Assembly: GCF_009914755.1 (NCBI RefSeq) | Contig: NC_060947.1 | DNA: 64,000 bases | Source of the DNA: the human T2T-CHM13v2.0 reference genome, Homo sapiens | Strand: one strand, 5' to 3' | Part shown: piece after piece, positions 31,740 to 45,849 of the stretch | Layout: each line of letters starts with the position of its first letter | Numbering within the stretch: position 1 is the first letter of the stretch | The notes under the pieces: model-generated | Database searches by the model: none | Told to the model about the DNA's origin: nothing | The model's input: only the letters and a program-made list of their open reading frames with translations | Position numbers and translations under genes: made by a program

Positions 31740-32699
31740 AAAATCTCTGGAAGTGATTCTTGATGCCATTAAGAACATTTGTGATTGATAGGAGGTCGTC
31801 AAAATATCAACATTACCAGGAGTTTGGAAGACGTTGATTCCAACCCTCATGGATGACTGTCAGGGGTTCAAGACTTCAGTGGAGGATGTAACTGCAGATG
31901 TAGTGGAAACAGGAAGAAAATTGAAATCACAAGTGGGGCGTGAAGATATGGCTGAATTGCTGCAATTTCATGATCAAACTTTAATGGATAGGGAGTTGCT
32001 ACTTATGGATGAGCAAAGTAAGTGGTTTCATGAGATAGTATCACATTCTACAGAGAAATCTTTCACAAAAGGAAGAGTCAACTGAGTGGCAGTCTTCATT
32101 GTTGTCTTATTTTAAGAAATTGCCACAGCCACCCCAACCTTCAGCAACCACCATGCTGTGCAGCCATCAACATCGAGGCAAGACCCTCCACCAGCAAAAG
32201 GATCATTACTGGCTGAAGGCTCAGGTGATCGTTAGCTTTTTTAACAATAAAGTATTTTAAATTAAGGTATGTACATTGTTTTTTAAGACATAATGCTGTT
32301 GCACACTTACTAGACTACATTATAGAGTAAACATAACTTATATGTACTAGAAAACCAAAACACTTGTGTGACTTACTTTATTGTGATATTTGCTTTACTG
32401 AAGTGTTCTGGAACTGAACCTGCAAAATCTCCAAGGTATGTCTGTATTTAGTCTTGAGAGTCATGAGCATAAACACCTGTAAACGTCGCAAGTACTTTCA
32501 TCAAATGCATGGAAGCTTATCCTTAGTGTTTGGACTTCTCTGCAGATAATTTGTTTTAATTGCTACCTCCTCTCCTTTAAGATCAGTTTCCTTTGAACCC
32601 AGGATGTCCTTCTGGTATCTTATCTATGTCACCTCAAACTCCTATGAAAGCTTTTTAGTTTTTTTATGTTTCTTGTTCCCGAAATATCTGCATAGAGGG

Positions 32700-33225
32700 T
32701 TGGTTGCCTTACTGTCCATGGGATCTCCTGTACTTCAATCATTTGCTTGTTGGTTTTTGATACTTTCTCTGCCTTTTCTCTGCTCTGCTGTTTATTACAG
32801 TACATTTTCCTGCTCCCTTACCAATTGGCTTCCAAGTAAGTTTGGCCAATAGGAGTCACTGGCAGAAGCCTAGAGGGCAGGCGGAAAGGAGAAGCCGGGC
32901 GTACTTCCTTTTTCATTCTACCTCCGGCAATAGGTCTGGCTAACTGTGTCTCCTTCCTGGCTCCAGCTCCCTCGGAGCCCCTCCCTCATTGGTCCCAGCT
33001 GGCCAAAGGTTCCAACTCCGCCTTGATGCCCATGACATCTGGGGCTCTGGTGATACCACCTCTTGTCATTGTCCCTCCAGCCCTAGGTATAACAGAAACT
33101 TCATGCTGTGTGTGTGGCTTCTCAGCACTTCCATTCTTGAGTAACCAATTTCCCGCATTAAATTCCCTTTGTTTGAAATAACTAGAGGGTTTATGTTTTC
33201 TGACCAGGCAGACCCTGATTGATAC
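32700..33225 (+). mobile_element. ERVL LTR33/LTR16-like remnant
   Basis: 'tttggccaataggagtcactggcagaag...cattaaattccctttgtttgaaata...ttctgaccaggcagaccctgattgataca'. Confidence 0.6.
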
Positions 33226-33323
33226 ATCTTCCAAATCAAAAACCTTAGTATAAAAAACCTTCAACATACCATATAAGGCTTTTCACAGTTTTAGCCCTCC
33301 TCATCTCTACAGCCATTCTGTGA

Positions 33324-33633
<310 letters not shown>

Positions 33634-34670
33634 TAGTCTTTTTTATCCTGAATGATATATTATTTTAGAATTGGGGGAGGGCAAACAACACAGTACAAAA
33701 TGTATTATTTTAATTTGCATGTCAAATTAAAGTACGTGTATGCTTTCCAAAAGTTAGGATAAATTGTGATCAGGTGATCTTTATCACCTTGGTTAAGAAG
33801 TAAAATACTTCAGAAAAATTTAGTGGCTCCTTGAGTGTCAATTGTGAAGACCTAAACCTAGGTGTCTCTCACTATCTGAATTCTTGGTATCTCAATTCAG
33901 GAACCCAATAGATTATTAAATAAGGAGAGACACTGGTATATGATAATAATAACTAATAATAATAATGCATATCACTAATAGCAATTATAATTCCTTGAGC
34001 AGTTACTACATCAGACATTCTGTTACCTTACATATGTCATTCTAATCCTCACAACACAAGATAAGTCTCATCATAACTATTTAATACATCACATAACTGA
34101 GGTTTAAAATTATTAGTGGCTTCCTTTTTGACCACAGAGAACTGGTGACAGAATCAGAATTTAAATCCAGCCTCAAAGTCAATGAACAATTTTGTTGCTG
34201 CAAAACATTGCCTCCAAACCTAAACTCATAAAGTGACAATAGGAAAGTCACAGTATAATCAATTAGTTCCCCCACTGAATGCACCCCATAAAGAGTGCAT
34301 ATATCACAGTTTATATTCTAGATAAAAGCAAACCTGTATTTTAAACTTATCACATTATATACATTATATTTAATTATAGGGGGTGCGAGAGACATTAAAC
34401 TAGGCAGCAGTGGCTCTGCCGCTTAATCTCTGGTTCCTTCCTGTAACACAATGATTTCTATGCTTTGTCTTCTAAAACAATTGCTAAGGAGAGCTACCAA
34501 GTGGGAAAGAAAATAGATCCCTCCTCTGCCTGAACTTGACTCAACTGGCAAAACATTAAACCGCATAAATAACATTTTCAGGTGTTCCTGTTTGGTTAAT
34601 TATCCTCCCCCGACCTGAGTCACTTGATTTGAGTTTACATTTATACTTTCAAAAATTAAGTGCTCTAGAA

Positions 34671-35269
<599 letters not shown>

Positions 35270-35286
35270 CTCTTCAGTGATAGCTT

Positions 35287-35418
35287 CTTTTTTTTTTTTT
35301 CTAAGACAACGTCTTGCTATATTGCCCAGGCTGGACTCAAATTCCTGGGCTCAAGGGATCCTTCTGCCTCAGCCTCTGGAAGCGCTGGGACTACAGGTGC
35401 GTGCCACCATGCCTGGCC
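35287..35418 (-). mobile_element. Alu monomer (FLAM-like)
   Basis: T tail plus a reverse monomer ending atgcctggcc. Confidence 0.8.
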
Positions 35419-36850
35419 TTAAAGTGATAGCCTCTTTACAGACCAAGAAAGTAAAATATAAAAACAATCACTTTCTTACCAAAATTAATGCTTGGTAAAG
35501 AAATCTGTATGTAAATATATCAATATAAGCAACATTTGTCTCCGTTATATAAGCTTCTATTTATGAGGGGGTGTAATGACTTTCCTGGAGTTATGCAAGC
35601 GATGAACGCTTTGTGGAATAGCAAATTTTGAAACATTCCCACAGAATATCACCAATTCATAAATAAGCTAATGATTCATCCACTATGTCATAAGAGAGAC
35701 TTTCAGAATATTTTTAGGTCATTTTATTACTACCGTAGAGGGTACAGACTTTAAAAACTATCTATTTTATGTGAGTGCTCTGACTGTTCTGAATCTCTTT
35801 CCAGCAAAATTGCAGCTCCCAAGAGACATACAGAGGTAATCAGACTTGTGGGCTTAAAAAAGAAATATTGGAAATGTCTGAATAAGAGCAGACACGTTTT
35901 TAGATGCCTTTACTCTGTGTGCAAAAATCATCTTCTGCAGATCCAGCTACATAAAATTGTACATATCCAGCACTTTTCTTCTAGCTGCAGGTGTAACCTT
36001 AATGTTCCTCTTATTTAGATCAGTAAACTACAATTTGGCAGCTCTTTTAAAACTGTAAACCAGTCAAAGTCTAAGGAACAATTCTTTTTGAGTTTCCTTC
36101 TGAAATAAGCTTGGAGAGATGCAATTCAGAAATATCTATTATGTTCTTCAATTAGAAGCTTTAAATCAAGTTATTTGAACAAGAAAAAATATTATAATAT
36201 TTAGAACAGTCCATTAAAATGCCATAAATTTTGATTTGGAAGTTACATTTCTATTTTACAAATGGGGAAAGTCAATGGATCCTAATCAAAGTTAAAAGAG
36301 CAGATTATTTTTCTTTTTTCTTTTATAAGCTGAATAGTAAAGGAAGAACATTTATAACAGCCTTAATAACAAATTTGAGTAAATCTCCTGTGCTAATTTT
36401 GTCAGCTAGGGAATAAAGAATGTCATATGGATTCCAGTTTAATTATGCCGATAAAGCAGTTTTATAAATCATGCTAAGAGTAATGGATGTTCCTTTGAGA
36501 ACAGAGAACTCGGAGTTTGTAAAATGTGTGTTCTGGACTTGGTTCCTTATCTTCTACCATAGTGAGTATAAATCAAATCAAGTCTTGAGTCTCAGTCTGC
36601 TCAAGTCCAAATGGAAAGAAGGGAAAAGTTGCCCCATCCACCGGTATGGTAGCATTATTTCCCAAATCAAAAACTGGAAGGACACTCAAAGGGATGACAG
36701 GACAAAAAATCTGAAACTGAAATTGATAGAAAATCCAGGTCATATGCCACCTACTCTATAGCTGTGTGAGGATTAAATATGGTTATTTCTGAAAACTCTT
36801 CGCCATTGTAAAGTGCTACACAAAGTACAATTATTACAAATATGATTATA

Positions 36851-37120
<270 letters not shown>

Positions 37121-38494
37121 TTAAATTAATAAATATGATTATCCTATTATTCATATCCTTTAGGTTGGTGGTGACAAAGAGGAACTGGGGGTTTAGGGCT
37201 GACAACATTCATACAACCAAGCTTTACTCTAGCCAGGGGTTAAAACAAAACCAGTCATTTAATGATGAAAGATCACTGGCCAACATGACATATAAGAAAA
37301 TGAAGACCAATAGAAAGCAAGGGACTTGCCCGAGGTCACACCAAAGCTGGCATCTGAATCTAGCTATCCTTTCCAGTTCAAAGCGTTATGGCAGTAAAAA
37401 GTCAAAAGGCAGAGGTTTTAACACTGAGCAATATATTAAGGAACTAGAAGCAAGAGCCAAGGAAAGCTAAATATTGAGTAGCTTAGTGGAGAACAGTTTA
37501 GTTCACAAAATATGCTGAGAAAAGCATTAGGACAAGCTCCTAATGCAAAAGGAAGGAATTCATAGTCATTCAGAATCCTGCAGTTTCTAACCCAAGAGCA
37601 TCCTCAGGAGGGAATACTTAATGGAATGTAGAAAGCCTATCAAAAGAGGAGAGTGAACAAATAACTACAATATCCCTTCCTCTTGGGCAAGCTGAGGAAA
37701 GAGGTACAAGGATTTTGATAGCAGTGTTTTTAACTCTCTTGCAAATTGCTGATTTATAATGATATTGATGTATCTTTAAAAAGCTTTTAGCCCCATTGAC
37801 TTAACTAGGACTTAACTAGTTCTCCTAACTAGAACTGCTGAAGAATCACACCCCTAACCTCAGGCCCAGCAGACCCTAAAATTAAACCCTCATTTTAACA
37901 TTCTGAAGCTCTCTGCAAACCATAGACATGAAGCTAAGGGCTACGTGCTGATAGACTGCCTTCAAATCTTATGGTTTTTAAAGACCACTTTTCCTAAGAA
38001 TTCCAAAAACACTCAGAAGTCCATTTTTGAAAATTGAGAGCTTTCGCATCATTCAGGTGAGCATCATGCTGGATAGTAGGATCCAAAAATTGGGCAACAG
38101 ATTAAAAAGGGCTAGATCCTTCTGAAGAACGCTATAACTTAAGAAAAGGAAAACCAGTACCCCTTGAGAAAACACTTGTGGTTAAGAGGGCTTCAATGAA
38201 GGAAAAGGAAATTGGAATAAGTAACACCAGAACATACGGTGCATCTAGATTTTAATAAACTGCTTGAAATAAAATCAGCTTTCTGAAGTGCAGCGATTCT
38301 CTCTTCACATTATCCTATTTTTACCTACATGTCTCCTTCATAAACTGGTCTTCTTGTACTATACTGACAGTATCACAAATGCAAAAAAACTCACATTGTA
38401 ATTTAAAAAGGAACCATTGGGGAACCACATATTTTATTGTATTTATAATTAAGAGACCCCCCCCCAATAAGACAGGCTAAGAAATAATGTTTTT

Positions 38495-38783
38495 AAACAG
38501 GGTCTCGTTCTGTTGCCCAGGCTGGAGTGCAGTGATGTAACCTCGGCTCACTGCAGTCTCGTCCTCCCGGGCTCAAGCGACCCTCCCACCTCAGCCTCCT
38601 GAGTATCTGGGACTACAGGCACATGCCACCATGCTCGGCTAATTTTTGTATTTTTTGTAGAGATGGGGAGACGGGGTTTCACCACGTTGCCCAGGCTGGT
38701 CTTGAACTCCTGAGCTCAAGTGAGCTGCTCGCCTCGGCCTCCAAAAGTGCTAGGATTACAAATGTGAGCCACTGTGCCCAGCC
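38495..38783 (-). mobile_element. AluJ-like
   Basis: Reverse Alu body. Confidence 0.88.
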
Positions 38784-38876
38784 TAAATTCTACTCTGTTG
38801 GTCAGTATATCTGTCCATATGTAAATACTCTTGATTACTTAAATTTGTAGTAAGATTTGACATTGGAAATTGTGAA

Positions 38877-39178
<302 letters not shown>

Positions 39179-39888
39179 CCCCAATAAAAGTATCTCTAAG
39201 CAGCATATATTATGTGTGTGGGGGCAGGGTGAGCTTTTTAAAAAATATTTTCTTAAAATTTCAGTAATGAACTTAGGGACCTAGACATAAATTGTGAGAA
39301 AAGGACAGGCTTTTAACCACATAATTGCACTTCATGTAAATCAATATTATATTAGTATTTCAAAATAAATTCCAGAGCATATTACTATCTAACATCTACT
39401 GATGTTGTAAATGCTTTCTGGAGCCTTGAAGAGCTCAGAGTTTTAAATCACCAAGCTAACCTATTGGAACAGTCTTTCCATTACATTTGTAAAAATGCTA
39501 ATAGAAATCTAAAACTCACCTCATGAATCAAACATATTATTACTTCTAGGGAGTGACGAAGAATGTACCCTCTCAATAACAAATGAATGACCCAGAGGAG
39601 TCTAATGGGAAATATCTCAAGAGCCTCTCTATTTGACAACAGCTTGCCTCACTCAGCCTGTAAGACACGGATGGGTGGCATAATCTTCTCCTGTTGTTTG
39701 TTTTCTCAGAATGTACATTTTAAAACATAGGAATGATTACATTTTTAGAAATCCACTTGTCTGCAGAGTTAGCCGAAAGGTACCTCTTGAAAAATAATGA
39801 TCACAGCAAGTTTAGAAACAGCCTGCCCCACCCTCAGCCCAAAGTAAAAGAAAAACAAAAATCTTAGACACTTGTCCAATATCGTTAC

Positions 39889-40194
<306 letters not shown>

Positions 40195-40858
40195 CCAATA
40201 TCCTCACATTTTAAAGATAAAGCACCAAGGTCTACAAAAAATAGACATGAGACACTTGGTCTCTTATATCCCACTTACTCCACTACTATTCTCTACTACC
40301 ATTCTATGACTATTGGGGGTAGTCACAGACAAATGCTGAAAGAAAACTGATTTCCAGTTGCTTTTAGTGATTTATTCCCTGTGAAAATCCAAGACAATGC
40401 TTTTGTCAAACCATTAATGTGATGTAAAAAATTTTCTGGGGACTCAAATTCCTAATGACTGTTCAGTCATCATAGTGAACCTTTAAATTATTTCTTTACT
40501 ATGTCTTGCTTTGTTTGTGTAGGACTCTGGCAATATTTTCTCTCAATTTTTTGTGTAGGTACACAGCCGATAAATGAGGGAAACACAATATTTCTAACAC
40601 TTGATGGAAACCTCCTCTGCAAAGCCATTTTAGATCTGTTGGAAATAATCTAAAATTAATTATCTTATATTGTTTTTTATCTATTTTTTAATCAAAAAAG
40701 TTCTATTTTCTCTACCACTAAAATGTCTACATCTGCATTTTTCACAACTGGACATACAGACTAAAAATACATGAGATGATCTCTTTGAGTTTAAAGTTAC
40801 CTGACAAAGTCCATGAGAATCAGGGTCCTTAAGTATAAATTATCTACATATATGTGGG

Positions 40859-40860
<2 letters not shown>

Positions 40861-40891
<31 letters not shown>
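40861..40891 (+). repeat. (GT)15 microsatellite
   Basis: Uninterrupted GT run. Confidence 0.95.
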
Positions 40892-40892
<1 letters not shown>

Positions 40893-41781
40893 CTACTGCT
40901 GCTTTTCTGTCATAAGTTCTCATTAGTTAATGAATTGTAGCTATAGAGACACTAAGTAAGAAATGGAATGGGGGTATCGACGAAGAAACTTTTTTACCAA
41001 ACATCTAACTGTAAATAATATAAATTCATTGTAGAAAATCAGTGGAAAAGGAATGAAAAAGAAAACCACCCAGAATGTATTAGAGAGCTCCAATGGTAAT
41101 ATCTCAAGCAATATTATAGCTTTTCATCAGTAAATACTTGCTACTTTTTCAGTTCTAACAAAATGTTTTCACCTTCTAATCCTATTGTGTTCAAACCCTG
41201 GGTGCAGGGGAACACCTGAATGCTTTTGAGGGCAAGGCAGGTAACATAAACATGTGTTGAACAGGCTGCTTGGGAACTTTGGCAAATTAGAGAATGGAAA
41301 TCTCCTTAGAAGTGGGCGTCTCTAGGAATGTGTAACCTACCATGCATACTGTGAACCACTGTAGCTTCCACGGTAGAGTATGCCTGGAGTGGGGGTACAG
41401 AGGGAAAAAGCAACATCTTGATATTTTCAGCACCTCACCAGAGACATGAGGTTCAGGTTCGATTAGGAGAGGGGGCTAGATGTGGTCTTAAACATTTGAC
41501 ACGCCAGACCACAACACCATTTCTGCTTTCAAGATACCTTTCACCAACTGACTGTAGTTGAAGGCTTCCGACCATTTCATCCAGCTCAAAGAGCAATTTG
41601 GACCTAAAGGGATACCTCTTGAAGAAGAAAAATATAAACTAATAAGTAAAAACTAAAATCAATGAAAAGTTTCTTTTCAGTATTTTATGCTTATGTTTCG
41701 ACTCTGAAACACTGTAATTTTGGAGAGGGGGAAAGGCAGTGCTGGTAGTTAATCTTATATGGGATCTCAAGGATGTAGGCA

Positions 41782-42084
41782 GGCTGGGCGCTGTGGCTTA
41801 CGCTTGTAATCCTAACAATTTGGGAGGCCAAGGTGGGAGGATCACCTGAGGTCAGGAGTTCGAGACCAGCCTAGCCAACATGGCAAAACCCCGTCCCTAG
41901 TAAAAATACAAAAATTAGCTGGGTATGGTGGCGGGTGCCTAGTAATCCCAGCTACTCGGGAGGCTGAAGCAGGAGAATCACTTCATCCTGGGGAGGCGGA
42001 GGTTGCCGTGAGCCAAGATCGTGCCACTGCATTCCAGCCTGGGTGACAGAGTGAGAATCTGTCTCAAAAAACAAACAAACAAAA
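41782..42084 (+). mobile_element. AluSx-like
   Basis: TSD aaggatgtag at 41769-41778 and 42085-42094. Confidence 0.9.
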
Positions 42085-44151
42085 AAGGATGTAGCCATAT
42101 AACAATCATTCTATATGTGCCAGGCAACAGTGAAAGGAGTGCCCATTGTTTAGGACCCACCATACCATTTCCAGAAATACCACTCAAGTAACTTACTATT
42201 CATAGGTAAAACTATCAATTCCTATATACGTGTAGCAGGTATGTAGTAACCAACATAAATATACTTTACCTAGTAAATAAAATCAATGAGAACAGTGAAA
42301 GTACTAACAGAAAACTGAGGACAAATCCAGGTGTAGCCCCACATAGCTGTGTAGCCCTGATCAATTCCTCCCTGAGCCTGGCTTCGCTGTCCTGTGAAAT
42401 GTGGATGTTGATACCATCCACCATGCAGGTTGGTTGCTGGCACATCCCATGTGGAAAACATACAATAGGCCCGCAATAAATGGGAGATGTTATCTGATGA
42501 ATCACCACTTGGATAAAAGCCCAACGAATGTTTGATTGTTACAAAACTATTGGAAATATTAACTCTGAAAGGTGAAAAGCAAACTTCAACACTTAGTTCA
42601 CTTGCAAGTGGTTTGTTATTGGGCTAGCAAGAAACAGAATTTCAAAGGGGGCTGGAATTGATCACACACTTACGATGACTTCCTTTTATTATATAAAAAT
42701 TATACCTGAAAGTTGATTTCATAAAAGAGAAAGTTTGCAATAAATGAGTTCTAAAATCCCCTGCAACTGTAAAATTCTGTTATAATTCAAAATTGAGTGA
42801 TGTCACAAGCCCAATGTCACAAGTCATGAGAGATTATCAGTTTTGAGTTTATCACCACATCTAAAGTATGGAGAAAATTTTAGAAATATAATGATTAAAT
42901 GTATATTTAATTTGTATTAAAGGAGCAAACATGTATTCATTGATAGTCCATAATTAGCTTTTCATCAAACATGTTTGCAATTTCTCATTACAGAGTAATT
43001 GAAAGTGGTAGAGAATACTATACAACAAAATGGAAATATGGCCATGGTAATACATTACTTTCCAGTGGAAAAAAAAAAAAGCAAGTTATAAGACAGAATG
43101 ATTCAACTTCTATAAAAATATATGTATAGAAAGACATTTTTGAAGATCCTAGATTATTAAACACCAGCTAACTCTAAGAAGTGGGGTTACGAATGATTTG
43201 TCTCTTCTTTATTGTTAGCCTGTCTATATTTTTAAACTTCAAAAATATGAATAGGTATTAATTCTATAATAATAATGATTTTAAAATAAGAGTGAATTAA
43301 AATATTACAACTAGAAATTACTGTAATTAGAGTAGGAAATGTTAGAAGTGGGCTAAATCTGTGTAAACCACAGGTTATGATCAGGAGGCCCACAGACTAA
43401 TTTCAATTAGCTCTTTGTGGACAGATTTCTAGTTTTTCTCTTGTACAATCAGGGGTCCTGGGAGTACTGGGATAGAAAGACCAGCTTGCCCAGGACAGCT
43501 GCTGCCCACTTCAGATGAAGCCTTTTCATTCTCTCATTTGCCAAAAGATAAGCATTCACGTTTTCCACCTGTGGTATAAACAGTCCACAATTATAAGCCA
43601 AAAACATTCTGTAGGGGCTGGAAATGTAGCACTTGAAAATTAGCTGATCCCAATTTTATTTAAAATTTTAAACGTTTACACACTTATAACCAGACTGAAA
43701 TGACATAATATTACTCGAAATGTATTGGATCTCTCTGGCTAGTATAAGTGACTTTGTTTTTCCTTTTTCATGTTTTTTATTTACATTTTTCAGGTTTTCT
43801 AGAAGACATTTAATCATTTATAATTAGAAAAATGTTTAATAAAACCATTTTTTGGCTAATATCTCTTCTCTAGTCCTTGGTGTCTCTATAGCTGCAATTC
43901 ATTTTGTGAGAATCTATGACACAAAAGCAGTAATAGCTACGTACCCCCTGACACACACACACCCCACTTACGTATACCTACACAGAATTTATGTTTAAGT
44001 ACCCTGATTCCCACGGTGTTCATCACATAACCTTAAATCCAAAGAGATCGCCTTATGTGTTTTTCTATCAATATGTCCATTCACAGAAATGCAGGCTTGA
44101 AAAAGTAGAAAAGACATGACGTTTTTATATTAAAAAAATACATAAAAACAC

Positions 44152-44380
44152 AGCCTGGGCAACATAGTGAGACCCATCTCTACAAAAATAAATAAAAATA
44201 AATTTTAAAAATGAGCTGGGTGTGGTGGTGCATTCCTGTTGTCCCAGCTACTCAGGAGGCTGAGGCAGAAGAACCGCCATGAGCCCAGGGGTTCGAGGCT
44301 GCAATAAGCTATAACCGCACCACTGCACTCCAGCCTGGGAGACAGAGCAAGACCCTGTCCCAAAACAAAACCCAAAACAA
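44152..44380 (+). mobile_element. 5'-truncated AluJ
   Basis: Starts mid left arm (cagcctgggcaacatagtgagacc). Confidence 0.85.
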
Positions 44381-45045
44381 GCTGCAACTTAAGATAACTC
44401 ATTTCAGAATATTCCTTGTAGATCTAAAACGACAAACCAGACATCTGGACATTTGTCCAGTGTAAAAAGACTGGTGTTTTCAAACCCTTATTTGTATGCT
44501 CTGTACCCATTCAAAATAATTCAAGTTATGAGGGGAAAGAAAACAGAACTGTCAGGCTCTTACATAAACACAAAACAAGCCATACTAAAGAAATCATTTA
44601 AATGTTCACATTAATGACCCGCCAGGCCTTAGGAATTGTGAGCACCGGAAAGACGGCAGAAAATTCCTTTACACAACATTTGTGGTTTGGCAAAAGGGTT
44701 GTCTTGGTTTCACACGGAAGAAATCAACAAGCACCTGAAACAGTTTTCTATCTTCGTGGGAAGAAAAAAAAAAATAGCCATAAATTGCAACTGTTTTTCC
44801 ATCATTTTAGGCACCAAAGAGAACTACAAAGACCTATAGGCCCTCTCAGGTATATTGAATTTTTAGGAATCAATCAACTTCTAAAACTTGTTTTTAAGGA
44901 ACCTCTGATAAAAAGAAAGCTGACTGTCAATTTTGGATAGGAAGGTGCCACTGCTTTCACCCTTGAAACAATCTAGTGATGTATTTATATAGCAAGTAAC
45001 TTTCACACTGCAAACTACTTTATCCTAAAGGTCACCTGTCATTTA

Positions 45046-45183
<138 letters not shown>

Positions 45184-45425
45184 TCAAGAAAACAGGAAAA
45201 AAGAAAACAACAATAACAACAACATGATTTTTGCTTTTGAACCATTCGGAATCTTTATTTCAAAGCGCTTCCATAGTGTATTGAAGAAATGTTTATCTTA
45301 CAAGCAGAAAGGCCCCTTTCTGCTTTGTTTCCAAAGAGAAAAGCAATATAAACATTATTCGGTTCCAGAATTTGTTTCTTCTTTGCACCCACAAATCGAT
45401 CGCACTTCAGTTATGATAAATTGAC

Positions 45426-45483
45426 CTTGTTATGTGATCAATAATCGACTATCAGGACTTCTTCACCCATCCAATGTGGAACA
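45426..45483 (-). other. Latent 58-nt pseudoexon in intron 62
   Basis: Acceptor TCCTTTCTGTAG| and weak donor CAAG|GTCAAT. Donor +3 and +5 fall at c.9225-287 and c.9225-285, matching pathogenic variants I recall. Confidence 0.8.
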
Positions 45484-45782
45484 CTACAGAAAGGACACCG
45501 ACAACTGATTATTATTCAACTCTGTCAAAGAGATACCGGACATTAGTTCAATAAATATAAATCATCTCACTTCTCATTTGCTTTCACTGCCCCTGACATT
45601 TTTCCATTACTCTTTCCTCTACATATACAGATCTCATATCCATGATACCTGTATTTCATTTCAGCTTAAGGTATATCTACTGCCTGACTAATATATCATA
45701 ACTTCCTTCTTCCCATTATTTCAGAGTGTTTTTTCTTTAAACGCAGTACGCTATACACCACTACACCTCTTCCTATATTTAC

Positions 45783-45849
45783 TTGGGCCTGAATGAAGCA
45801 TTCACAGCTGCCTTCCATTTCTTGAAGTGTGGTTGCTGGCTATCAGCTC
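45783..45849 (-). other. Latent 67-nt pseudoexon in intron 62
   Basis: Acceptor TTCTTTTTGTGGCAG| and weak donor CAA|GTAAAT. The last exon base is c.9225-647, matching a pathogenic A>G variant I recall. Confidence 0.78.
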
